Assembly: GCF_006345805.1 (NCBI RefSeq)
Contig: NC_043002.1
Span: forward strand, 68,262,001 to 68,326,000
DNA from: Octopus sinensis
Lineage: Eukaryota
Reading direction: 5' to 3'
DNA length: 64,000 nucleotides
The notes under the pieces were generated by a model. The model did not search any database and was not told the DNA's origin. It saw nothing but the letters and a program-made list of their open reading frames with translations. This document shows positions 22,199 through 35,175 of the stretch, piece after piece; the first letter of the stretch is position 1, and every line of letters begins with the position of its first letter. A program made the position numbers and the translations under genes.

Positions 22199-25100
22199 GA
22201 CTTTATTCTCACCAGAGTTATAGCTGAAGACGCTTATTCAGGGTGCCATGCAGTGGAACCGTACCTGGAATCCATGCTGGATCACTGTCTTAAAGAGCTT
22301 TTCAGTTCAAGAAATCGACCCCAGAACTTATTCTTTGTAAGCCTAGTACTTATTCTGTAAGTCTCTTTTGCCAAACCGTTAAGTTACAGGGATGTAAACA
22401 CACCAACATTTGTTGTCAAGCAGTAGTGGGGAGACAAACACAGACACAAGGACACACACAAATACACATACACACACACACACACACACATATATACAAT
22501 GGGCTTCTTTCAGTTTCCATCTACCATATCGAAGACACTTGCACAAGGTGCCATGCTGTGGTACTGAACCTGGAACCATGTGGTTGGGAAGCAAGCTTCT
22601 TACCACACAGCCACACCTGTTTTTGTAAATACTTTTTGACACTTGCCTTCCTCATGGGAAGGAAAAGATTATATTAAAAACTAGGAGAGGTTCTGAGAAT
22701 TCTTTACATTTCAACAACGTGACTGAATGCAAACAGTTATAGAATTTTGTGATTATGGAAAGTTTTTCAGTCCAGCTTTTGGATTAGCCAATAACATTTT
22801 TTAAGCTTATTGATAATTTAAACATACACTTACACATACACTCACACATAAGTACAAGAGTCAAGACTATTGAAAAGTTGCAAGACGCAATGAAAATTTT
22901 AGGAAAATAAAAATAAGAAATAAGTGCAAATTTTACCGCTGAGTGTGTTACCTTATAAGGCACAAAAAGAAAATAACTCTCCCCAGACACAACAGAATAT
23001 GCTTCAACACACTAACTCACATAAAGAATCTTGCAAACCAAATCCAAAAATGAAGGATAATTTAAACATTACAGGGTAAATATACATACATTTTGTGCAT
23101 GTAATGTGCCCTGTGGTTAGATATTTTAAGGGAGATAATAATTTGATATATTTTACAAGGTTACTACAATTTATTTTGTGGAGGCACATGGCCTAGTGGT
23201 TAGAGCAACAGACTCACGGTTGAGGGATCGCGGGTTCAAATCTCAGACCGGGTGATGTGTGTGTTTATGAGTGAAACACCTAAGCTCCATGCAGCTCCGG
23301 CAGAAGGTAATGGTGAACTTCTGCTGACTCTTTTGCTGAGTTCCTTTCAAGCATTGGGCCTCATGGAGGCAAAGTGGCTGAGTTCCTTTTGAGTGTTGGG
23401 CCTCACAGAGGCAATGACTGAGACCATTGGCATTATGTCATGCTTGAGAAGACCCATCAAGCTGAACAAAATTGCAGATATGGCAGATATTGGTGTCACG
23501 CAAAAGCACCCCCGTGTCACACAAATAGCACCTGTGCTGGTGGCACATAAAAAGCACCCATTACACTCTCGGAGTGGTTGGCATTAGGAAGGGCATCCAG
23601 AAGTAGAAAACCATGTCAAATCAGACTGGAGTCTGGCACAGCCTTCCAGCGTGCCAGCCTTGTCAAACCATCCAACCCATGCCAGCATGGACAATGGACG
23701 TTAAATGATGATGAGGATGATGATGAAAAGGAAATGATTATGAAACTGGGCTGATTTTAGATACTATTGTTTCAATTTATTAAAAAGAAACCTCTTGAGC
23801 TTTTTAATTGAACAATAATTAACATTATGTAAATCTGAAATGTTTAGGAAGGTCGTGAGCTCGATTCTTGGTGGCAAGTTGAGTCCTTGAGCAAGACTCT
23901 TTATTTCACATTTCTCCAGTCCATTCAGCTGGCAAAAATGAGTAATACTTGTATTTGAAATGGCCAGCCTTATCACTTTTTGTATCACGGTGAATCTCCC
24001 TAAGAACTAAGTTAAGAGTACACGTGTCTGTGGAGTACTCAGCCACTTGCATGCTAATTTCACAAGCATGCTGTTTCATCGATCAGATGAACTGGAACCC
24101 TCATTGTCATAACTGATGGTATGCCAGTTTTTATTTATTTAGTTTTTTTTTGATATTATGTAATTTCTAAAATTACATAGATTTTGTTATTAGTGATGTA
24201 TTTTGAGCTTGAGTACAAGGCAAGATTAGGTGATTAAAAAGTTCACCTCATAATCACATGGTTCCAGGTTTGTTCCTGCTTGACAACACCTGAAGCAAAT
24301 ATCTGCTGTTATTGCCTCAGGTGACCAATGCCTTGCGAATAGAGTTTAATAAATGGAAACTGTGGAGAAGTTCATCGTGTGTGTGAAAACATGCATGCAT
24401 ATGTATGCATTTCTCTGATGTATATCAGCAAAAGATGTAAAGCATTCCATAGAAAAATCAATAAACTGTTGCTTTCAAACTAAAAATGCCTTATAATAAT
24501 ATTTGTTCTGTTCAAGCAACAGAAATTTCATCGTCACGTCATCATAAATGCAAGTCGATTATTGGTAAACTATAAACAACAATGACAGTGTTCACAAAAT
24601 GCAATATAAATTTTAAATTTAAAAAATTAAATGCCTGGCAAGTCTGCAAAGCAGCAGTTTTCCATGCTGATTAATTTTAAATCATTTTATGTGTCGCACT
24701 CTAAAATATCATTATTAGTGGTAGGCTCTATTCTGCTGCTACTTTATATACCCTGAACTACCATTTCAAAGTACCTCTTCATCTAGTAAACATCATCTTT
24801 TATTCAAGTCCAGTAATTTCGACACTTTTTCAGTTCATTTGTGCTGATTTATTCATCATCATCATTTAACATCTATTTTCCAATCTGGCATGGAATGGAC
24901 AGTTTGACAAGATTTGACAAACCAGTGGACTGCATTGAGTTCCAATGTATTCTTTGACATGATTTCTACAGCTGGATGCTCTTCCTAATGCCAATCGCTT
25001 CACAAAGTGTGCTAGGTGCTTCTTTTGTTGTACCATCACTAGTAAAGTCACTAAATAACTTGTAGCACAAAGACAAAGCATCCTTAGGGGATTGTAGAGA

Positions 25101-25739
25101 AGGCTCTATTTTTTATACTAAAACTGTAAATTATATCAAACAACTTATAACTTATTGAAAAGGCTGCGAAATGCAACAAAAATTTTAGGAAAATAAAAAT
25201 GAGAAATAAGTGGAAATTTTACTGGTGAGTGAGTTAAATTATAAGGTACAAAAAGAAAATGACTCTCCCCAGACACCACAGAATATGCTTCAACACACAA
25301 ACTCATATAAAGAATCTTGCAAACCAATTCCAAAAACAAAATGAAATAAATTAGTCGTCTTGGATTCTACTGTTTTAAATTAGAGTCAACTTGTATTTAC
25401 TCCGATTTAAAAGTCAAAATATGATTTTAGATTTCTATGAAACACTTTGTTAAATCTGTTAACTCTGAACCTCTTTTTCGTATTTTTTCAGTAAAAAAAG
25501 TCTAGGTTTAACTAGTGGTGGGACAATTCAGTCCTAGATATACAAAAAAATGTGATGGTCATGTTGAAATATTTTCAGTTCTCATCAACTTGGTTAGGAC
25601 ATATTTGAGGGCTAAATAAACTAAAAACAAAATATAAAGAAGTACAGTAAATAGTTTGAATATAATTTTGTACTCTATTTTTTTTTACAGCCAAAACAGA
25701 TGTCAGTACTTTATGGCAGTGAAAACAGCCAAGAGCAGC

Positions 25740-26030
25740 ATTTTGATGAGTTTCATCTATCTAACCCGAGACAGCTCTTAAATATCAAGTAGACTGCTCA
25801 AGTTACTAACAATGACATCTCTGCTGGCTGGGTCACAAATATTGCAGATCATATCAAAAGATCCTGAAAAATCTGCTGTATGGGGTGTTGGCCTCCAGCA
25901 AGAGAATATAAGGGAACTGCTATCTTCATTTCAAATATATCTGCAAGAGGGATATGAATTCTCTTTATGTGAACATTGAAAGGTGGGAGGACATTGCTAG
26001 CAATCACTCCTAACTAGAAGCTGGATCTAG
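25740..26030 (+). mobile_element. decayed RTE (BovB-like) LINE C-terminal fragment
   Basis: LHFKYICKRDMNSLYVNIERWEDIASNHS resembles the RxKDVCKRDMK..WEDLA terminus. Confidence 0.65.
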
Positions 26031-27287
26031 GTAGGTTATTTCATAAACTTTATGTGGCACTTGGGAAACAAGCCTAGAGAAAACCACAAAATAAGTATAT
26101 GAAGCTAAGGGTACAGTGGACATTATATTTAGACACAGGCATGGTAATGTGGTTAAGAAGCTTACTTACCAACTATGTGGGGCTTGGGTTCAGTCCCGCA
26201 GCATGGTACCTTGGGCAAGTGTCTTCCACTATAGCCCTAGATCAATCAAAGCCTTGTGAGCAAAGTTGGTAGAAGGAAGCAGAAAGAAACCTGTCATATA
26301 TGTATGTGTGTGTGTTTGTGTGTACCTTTTTTTAAATATTGCATGATGGTTGTAAATGATCATCATTTTCATACAAGAAATGCTGTTTATTTCTAGTCTT
26401 GTGTGAAAAACATGTCTGGCCATGGGACAATATTATCTTGTTTGCTTTACCTTTTGAGTTCAAATTCTGCCGAGGTTGACTTTGCTTTTCATCCTTTTAG
26501 GGTCGATAAATTAAGTACCAGTTGTGTACTGTGGTCTATCTAACTGACTGCTCCCCGTCCCCCAAATTTCGGGCCTTGTGTCTAGAGTAGAAAAGAATAT
26601 TACCTTACTTGGAAACAGGTGAGGGTCAACAAACAGCAAGAAGGGTATCTAGCCATAGAAAATCTATGTCAACAAATCCATGCAAGCCTGAAAAAGTGGA
26701 CATTAAATGATGATGATGAAATATGACCATTGGATACAAAAACCAATTAAAACAAAAGGAAACTATTCATTACATCACACACTTCCTCTATGAATCAAGT
26801 TAATGAATTCCACGAAAGAACAGCTTTTCAGAGAACCAGGATATATAAAAAAAATATTTAATTCAAAATTTCATTTAAACTTTTTATGACACATTCTAAG
26901 AAACTATTAATAGTACACCTTTAATAAATTCAATAACATATGGTGCAGGTATAGATGCATAGTTAAGAAGTTCACTTTGAAACCATCTGATTCTGAGTTC
27001 AATCTCACAGCACAGCACATTGGCCAAGTGTCTTCTACTGTAGTCTTAGTTTGACCAGTACCTTGTAAATGGAACTTATTAAAAGGGAACTGTGCAAAAT
27101 CTATTGTTCTACAGTTTAATTCTTTATACAGGCATGACTACGTGGTTAAGGAATTTGCTTTGCAACTAAGTGGCTTCTGGTTCAATCCCAATGAGTGCCA
27201 CCTTAGGCAAGTGTCTCTTGTTGTGACTATGGGTTGGGCAAAATTTTGTGAGTGAATTTAAACGTCAGAATCTGTGCAGGAACTTGT

Positions 27288-27324
<37 letters not shown>

Positions 27325-27847
27325 AAGAGTGAGAGAAAGTGTGTACACAGTCTGGAGCAGTGGACTGGCATTGTATTCTGGAGGAGAAACATACACTCCA
27401 ATCTCAGATTCCAAAGTTATTTACTAAAAAGAAAAATAGTTACTAATTAGAATCTTCAGCTGTTAATTGGGTTAGCACCCATATAATAAAATCTAGTATC
27501 AAATAATATCCGGTAAAAGGAAAAAGCTATTTATATTCATATTCAAATTTATTAAAATTTAAATTTAACCCTTTAATATTTAAATCGGCCAGATCAGAAA
27601 GACTTTTTCACTTCCTGAGTCTTATAATAATACATCTGTTTCTTGTCTACATCCCCTGTCTTCGTCTTTTGTTTTTTTTTTGTGAATTCTCCCCAAAATA
27701 TTCTACCTCTTTCTAAGTCCCAACTTGCCAGATCCAGCTTCTCACACATATCCTACAATATCATTCTAAAAATAAACAATCACATCATCCAAACCTCAAA
27801 GTTACAAGATAAAACATGATAAATAAAAAAAATATAGGAATAAATAA

Positions 27848-28470
27848 GCAGGAGTGGCTGTGTGGTAAGTAGCTTGCTTACCAACCACATAGTTCCAGTT
27901 TCAGTCCCACTGCGTGGCACCTTGGGCAAGTGTCTTTTACTATATCCCTCAGGCCGACCAAAGCCTTGTGAGTGGATTTGGTAGACAGAAACTGAAAGAA
28001 GCCTGTCGTATATATGTATATATAGTTACTCCAAACATGAACAAAGAGAAAACACAACAACACGAGGACGTGGAATAAGTATAGTGTTATTGGACACTCA
28101 GTAAAGGAAAGAAAGAAGAAGGATTTAACGTTTCAAGTGGAGCTCTTCGACAGAAACATAGAAAAAGGAAAGGTCCAAGGAAGGGAAGATGGAGAAAGAA
28201 AATTATCAACGATACACACGCGGTCACATATTGTATATATATATATATATGTATGTGTGTATATATGTTTCTGTGTCTGTGTTTGACCCCCGCAACATCG
28301 CTTGACAACCGATGCTGGTGTGTTTCCATCCCTGTAACTTAGTGGTTCAGCAAAAGAGATCCAATAGAATAAGTACTAGGTTTACAAAGAATAAATCCTG
28401 GGGTCGATTTGCTCGACTAAAGGCAGTGCTCTAGCATGGCCGCAGTCAAATGACTGAAACAAGTAAAAGA
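27848..28470 (+). mobile_element. SINE family A with a Penelope-type insert in its internal (TA)n
   Basis: family sequence on both sides of 28025-28233. Confidence 0.85.
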
Positions 28471-29256
28471 GAGAGTATATTTGAGAGAGCAGACTGATTA
28501 CTAAACTGTTGAAAAGGTTTGTGTTAAAACAAAAGTGAACAAGTAAACAATGGGTAATTTATATTTGAATTAGATTATGAACTGTACAAATTGAACTAGA
28601 TTATGAACTAAGTTTAATATGGAGGACCAATATCAAACTTCAAATGACCCTAGAGAACCAACTCCTCATGAACAGCTAATCATGAAAAGTATGGATGCAC
28701 TAGAGGATGGTTCAATATGCCAGAAATAGCAGCCAAATCTACTCCAATTTACACTCTTTTAAGTATGGGACAGGTATATAAGATTGTGTAGGCCTAAAAA
28801 AAGACAGTGGCTGGAATACATCTTTGGTCATAGGTTTACTTACTGAAAATTTATGGCTAAAAAAACATGAATGATGCATAGTTAAAAAAACCACACTCTA
28901 AAAACATATATTATAATAAGCTCTTTGTAGTGATGGTCACAAGGTGTACACAACCTAGGCATACATATAACTACATTAAGGATATTGATGTTCCTTCAAA
29001 GAACTTTATTTATATATTATTGGTATCTTGACAGAGCCTGCATCTGCAGTTAGAACTCTCTCTCTCTCTATCTCGTTCTAATATATTCAAAAGAAAAAGA
29101 AAAAGAAGAAAATGCTTTCAGAACTTTATCATGGATAAAGGAAAGTATTTACCTTTTTATCAAAATATACAACTGGTTTCAATCATGTAAAAAGATGATT
29201 TAGTCATGCTAAAAACAAGAAAAATAAATTAAATTCCCTCTTGTACACAACATCTG

Positions 29257-30195
29257 ATGCCTCTTATAACTAGTTTTCCTCTGAAATCATTTACCCTCTG
29301 TCATATGTGCACACTGACATTACCCATCCACTGGAGCCTAGGTAGTGTCAGTGTGCATGCACAACTGAGTGTAAATGATTTAAGGAGCCTCAGATGTTGT
29401 GTGCAAGAGAGAAGACTGCACTGGTTTGGTCATGTGATGTGTAAAGATGAGGACAGCTGCATAAAGAAGTGCCGAGCTCTAATTGTGGAAGGTATCTGTG
29501 TAAGGAGTAGATCAAGAACAATTTGGGATGAAGTGGTGAGAAAGGGTCTCCAGATACTGGGCCTCACTGAGGAAATGACAAGGGACCAGGAGATGTGGTG
29601 ATTTTCTGTACTTGATAAGACGCATCAAACTAAGTAAAATCACTGGCTTCCACAGATACAGGATTGTTCTTTCAGGTACCAGTTCCACATAAGAAGCATC
29701 TGTGCCAGTGTTGCATAAGCACACCTGTGCCAGTGTCACATAAGAAACACCTGTGCCAGTACTGCATAAGCACACCTGTGTGTGCCACATAAGAAGCACC
29801 TGTGCCAGTGTCACATAAGAAACACCTGTGCCAGTGCTGCATAAGCACACCTGTGTCAGTGCCACATAAGAAGCACCTGTGCCAGTGTCACATAAGAAAC
29901 ACCTGTGCCAGTACTGCATAAGCACACCTGTGTCAGTGCCACATAAGAAGCACCTGTGCCAGTGTCACATAAGAAGCACCTGTACCAGTGCTGCATAAGC
30001 ACACCTGTGCCAGTGCCACATAAGAAGCACCTGTGCCAGTGTCACATAAGAAGCACCTGTGCCAGTGCTAATGCCACATAAAAACCACCTGTGCCAGTGC
30101 TGCATAAGCACATCTGAGTCAGTGACACATAAAAAGCACCCAGCATTCTCTATTAAGTGGTTGGCATTAGGAAGGGCATCCATCCATTGAAACCC
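29257..30195 (+). mobile_element. RTE LINE 3' fragment with expanded VNTR
   Basis: RRLHWFGHVM...RTIWDEVV...EEMTRDQEMW; followed by a 25-26-bp tandem array and gtggttggcattaggaagggcatcc tail sequence. Confidence 0.88.
29676..30140. repeat. minisatellite, about 18 monomers of 25-26 bp in a 77-bp trimeric higher-order repeat
   Basis: units ctgtgccagtgtcacataagaa(a/g)cac, ctgtgccagt(g/a)ctgcataagcacac and ctgtg(t/c)cagtgccacataagaagcac recur in order. Confidence 0.92.
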
Positions 30196-31601
30196 TGAAC
30201 AAAGCAAAAGGAGTTTTGAGTTTTTGAAATAAATATTGTCGTTGTTGAAATATAAGACACCTTTATTCAATACATGCTTAAAACCTCTTCTCCTTTCCAA
30301 TTAATGCCTTGCATTCTATTCTGTTGTTAAATGCACCCTCACTGACTTTATCCCAACATTCTTTCCATTCTTATTTAATCCAGATGGCTGTCAGAAACAT
30401 ACTTAATCACAAAGCTAACCCTTCCTCCAAATTTAAACCACATTCAGAATTGCTTTTTATATTTTCCTTTAGCAAAAAAGTAAATCAACTACAAGGATTA
30501 TAAGTTCTTCATGAATTTTGGCATACATTAATTAGAGCTGAAACAAGTTAAAACTTGAATCCCTGTCCTATGTTTTGGTTGCTGTTTATTATAAGCGCTT
30601 ATCATCCTGCATTTCACCAATCAGCTAATTCTATTTACAAGAGATTTTTTCACTACTCCAGCCATAAAATATCAAAAATAAAGACAAATGAATTATAAAA
30701 AATTAAGATCACTTTATGAAGCTAATTAATAAAACTTAAGAATCTGACTATAATGTCATCATCATCTTCTAATGTCTGTTTTCCATGCTGGCATGGGTTG
30801 AATGGTTTCACATGGAGCTGGCCAGCCAGGGAACTGTCCAGACGCCATCCAACAACAAGCCCACAGACAATTGTCTTTTCAATCTATTTGGTTGTTATTA
30901 CAACAGCTTCTGTTCCTCTGATTAGCTGTTTGCATATCCATTCCATTCTCACCTGACACACTGCTTTCTTTTTTCTCAACTTCTATCAAAATCCAAATCT
31001 TACACAGAACATATACCCAATCCTTCCTCATCAGAGTGCCAATCCTCTGAATTTCCTCTCAACCCACATGTGTTTTCCCCATAGATTACAACTTACAAGT
31101 GCCCAAGTAGTATTATAATATCAGTCTCAGGGATCCAGTGAAGTTTTTAGGACACACAAGCTTTTCTCCATGAATAAACCAAACAAAGCAGAAGCATGGC
31201 CATGTGGTAAAAAGTTTGCTTCCCAGCCACATGGTTCTATTTTTCCATGCAAGTATGGGAAAGTAGACACTAAACTATTTTGATAATAATGAAACCATTA
31301 AAAAAGACAAATAAATAAAAAATAAATAGTTCAAGTAAACTACATGTGTGAACCTATAAAGATAGTCTTTTAATAAACAGAACCTGCAATTAAAATTACT
31401 GAGGTGACAAAAAAAAAAACACAAATGATGGTTGTGAGGTAAGAGGTTTGCTTCTCAACCAAATGGTTCTGGGGTCAGTCCCACTGCATGGTACTTAGAA
31501 GTGTCTTCTACAATAGCCTCAAGCCAACCAAAACCTTGTGAGTGGATTTGGTAGATGGAAACTGAAAGAAGCTTGTTATATGTATATATATATATATATA
31601 T

Positions 31602-31814
31602 AAATTATAATTTAGGGTATCTAAGAGATACCACCACGCTGGAAATTGCTGCCAAAACTTGACTCTAAAACCACATTAAATGTTCATACAGCACCAGGAG
31701 GCCTTTTTGTCTTCTCTCCTGGTGCTATATGAACATTTAATGTGGTTTTAGAGTCAAGTTTTGGCTGCTATTTCCAGCATGGTGGTATCTCTTAGATACC
31801 CTGAATTATAATTT
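31602..31814. repeat. 99-bp-arm inverted repeat, 15-nt loop
   Basis: 31602-31700 pairs with 31716-31814; 5 mismatches. Confidence 0.95.
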
Positions 31815-31917
31815 TAATAATAATTATTACCTTTGAAGGTTTTTATTTCCATGCTGGCCACTTGATAAGATCGATATTTAAATTAACGATCTTATCCTTA
31901 TTTATATAAATTTATAT

Positions 31918-32134
<217 letters not shown>

Positions 32135-32135
<1 letters not shown>

Positions 32136-32440
32136 TGGAGGCGCAATGGCTCAGTGGTTAGGGTAGCGGACTCGCAGTCGTAGGATCGCAGTTTCGATTC
32201 CCAGACCGGGCGTTGTGAGTGTTTATTGAGCAAAAACACCTAAAAGCTCCACGAGGCTCTGGCAGGGGGTCGTGGCGATCCCTGCTGTACTCTTTCGCCA
32301 CAACTTTCTCTCACTCTTTCTTCTGTTGGCCTGCCTGCTTAGCCAGCGGGGTGACGTCACTTGAAGGCTAAAACAATGTGAAGCGCATTGTGACCAGCGA
32401 TGTGTAGCAACATCTGATAGCCTGGTTGGTCATGTGATAT
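32135..32440 (+). mobile_element. tRNA-derived SINE (family C head, different tail)
   Basis: head gtggaggcgcaatggctcagtggttaggg...gtttcgattccc shared with 44133. Confidence 0.85.
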
Positions 32441-32639
32441 ATACATATATATGAGGACAACAAATATGTATAATTGTTAAAGAGGACAATTATATATCTA
32501 CTATATCGGAAATCAGCAAAGGCTCCATAACTACCATCTTGGCTATAACCTTGTAACCCCAGTAATCCATGACAGCACTTAGCTAGTGTACCTAATCGTT
32601 TAGATCACCTGCAAACTAAACGCCCATACTTTGTATACA

Positions 32640-32683
<44 letters not shown>

Positions 32684-32943
32684 TGTGTTTGTGTTTGTCC
32701 TCAACCAATACCACTTGACAACTGGTGTTGGTTTGTTTACAACTGTGCAACTTAGAGGTTCAACAAAAAGAGACCAGGCTTAAAAAAGAAGTACTGGGTC
32801 CAATTTGTTCAACTGAACCCTTCAAGGTAGTGCCCCAGCATGGTCGCAATCCAATGACTGGAACAGATTAAAGATAAACGATAAATACTATCACTGAATA
32901 TTGACTAAACAAATAAGAAATGGTTTATTTGTTTTAATAGATT

Positions 32944-33030
32944 TTATTTGTGAGCATGGAATGTGGAAATAAATACACTGTTGTCAATATTTAATGTAGC
33001 ATGCCACCACCGGTCAGGAAAATAAATGGC
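32944..33030 (-). CDS. JMJD8: JMJD8 terminal coding exon: AIYFPDRWWHATLNIDNSVFISTFHAHK*
   Basis: tatttttcag acceptor; near-identical to the YFPDRWWHATLNLDTSVFISTF C-terminus; TAA at 32946-32944; AATAAA (minus strand) at 32924-32929. Confidence 0.97.
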   Translation of the reverse strand, partial: AIYFPDRWWHATLNIDNSVFISTFHAHK

Positions 33031-33297
33031 CTGAAAAATAAAACGAGAGAAAGATATAATAATTAATGCTACTCAAATGATGGTGACATGTTTAATGTTT
33101 GTTTGTGTTGCAAATGAGTGTTTGTTAGAATTATTGACATTAAATGAACATAAGGGAATGTTATGTCACATCTGTAATTTGTTTGTTCGTTAAATGTTTG
33201 CTTTTGTGTTTCTATATTAGCACCTTCTATTACAGTTTTGGGCTGACCAAAGTCTTCCGAGCAGATTTGGTACATAGAAACTGGAAGAAGCAAGTCA

Positions 33298-33336
<39 letters not shown>

Positions 33337-33801
33337 CAAACTAAGCAACAAGGATATCTATGATGTTGTTGGTAAAAAATCTTCTTTGTCTATCTCCTTA
33401 TCCTCTTGGAGATTTTAGGTAAAATTATACTAATGTGTCCTTCTAATTTAATCAAATTCTATGTCTTTGTACAGCTGAAGATTGCTCTACATTTTAAATT
33501 GATATAATAAAATGATTGCATTGTTCAATTAAATGGAGTTGCATGAAACGATCATACAGCATTACCTCTGGATATCCTTGTTGCTTATTTTGATTTTAAT
33601 CACCTTATTTTGAAATGGTATGGATAATACCGTACTAAATTCTGGTGCCTCAACTCAGGTACCATATTCATCTGAATCTATATATATATATATACTTTAC
33701 TTAAAAGCATATTACTCTACACCTGGTATTTGAGTACTCTTTTTTTCCACCTTGTTTTACATTTATGTGTTTACTCCGGTATATATATATATATATATAT
33801 A

Positions 33802-33991
33802 TATGTTATAATTTAGTTAGAACAAACAGTAAAATGTTGTCATTATAGTACTTGGAGGAGTTTTGAATATCGGAGCAAAGAGCTATGATGCATTCCCATC
33901 AGCCATTAATGGCAACCTTAATAGCTGACGAGAATGCATCGCAGCTCTTCGTTCCGACAACTTTTTACTGTTTGTTCTAAATTATAACATA
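33802..33991. mobile_element. palindromic MITE-like element
   Basis: outer arms 33802-33840 and 33956-33991; inner 40-bp arms 33870-33909 and 33918-33957. Confidence 0.8.
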
Positions 33992-35175
33992 TATAAATAA
34001 TCCTCTATTTATCTAATATCAAGGTCTCATTCTTTCGTTGTTACTTTTTATTATCCTCATCATCCTCATCATCATAGTTTAACGTCCGCTTTCCATGCTA
34101 GCATGGGTTGGACGGTTTGACTGTGGGCTGGTGAACCAGATGGATGTGCCAGGCTCCAATCTTGATCTGGCTGAGTTTCTACAGCTGGATGCCCTTCCTG
34201 ACATATATATATGTTTGAAAAAAGAAAAAGAATGACTTCACTGGCAGTTCTAATCAGTTTAATTTATTATTTAAAAATTTTTTTAATAATATAAATTTTA
34301 GTTCATAGATCAAGTAAGTTCACTGTTAACTTGGGTGTGGAGAATTAAAAAAAAATTTCCTTTTAACTTGGAGAACTTTCTCCCATAACATCGGTGGCAT
34401 GGAGAGGGGAGGCTGGTATGCATGGGTGACTCTGGTCTTTCATAAACAGCCTTGCCTGGACTTGTGCCTCAGAGAGGAACTTTCTAGGTTTAATCCCATG
34501 GTGATTCATGACCAAAGGGAGGGTCTTTATATATGTGTATGTATGTATATGTATGTGTGTGTATGTGTGTATGGTATGGTCGCATGGCTAAGATACTTGC
34601 TTCCCAACCATGTGGTTTCAGGTTCAGTCCTTCAACATGGTAGCTTGGGCAAGTGTCTTCCAGTACAGCTCTTGGTTGATCGATACTTTGTGAGTAGATT
34701 TAGTAGAGGGTAACTGAAAGAAACCTGTTGTGCATGTGTGTGTGTGTGAGTGTCTGTGCACATGTGTTTGTGTGAATTCATATTCCCATTCATCTCCACA
34801 TGTGTTCATTAGCTGTAAATAATAGTCTTGCTAGAAAACTGTCATTGACTCGCAGTCCACTGCAAAAGCTTGTCCAGATTTCTCAACATGTTTCAACATG
34901 CTGTGCAACCTCTCTGAACAAAATGTTCATTGATACAGCACCATTTACTTCCATTGCTCTACATAAAACAAATCTGGGCTATATCTTGGTCGATAGACTG
35001 GGGTTATTATCTCAGTTGGAAACAAATGAGGGTCAGCAACAGGAAGGGTATTTGACCATAGAAAAACTCTGCCTCAGCTTTTTCTTGCTTGATCCATACA
35101 AGCATGGAAAAGTAGATGTTAAGATGACGATGATGGTGGTGAGATTATGTTGTGGTTGTGGTGATGATGATGCAA

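Noticed and set aside
21793-22223. Numerous YI/CV/HT-repeat ORFs across the window
   Set aside because: Translations of (TA)n, (TG)n and (CA)n microsatellites.
29153-29208. 56-nt exon-like unit with good splice sites; one frame reads through two TGAs (selenoprotein idea)
   Set aside because: All three frames have stops; no selenoprotein family resemblance or SECIS identified.
31831-31852. ATG...AAAG|gtaatt micro first exon (MEIKTFK), phase-compatible with the 20828 exon
   Set aside because: The ATG lies in a repeat-derived ccagcatgg motif, there is no promoter evidence, and the product would be only about 27 aa.
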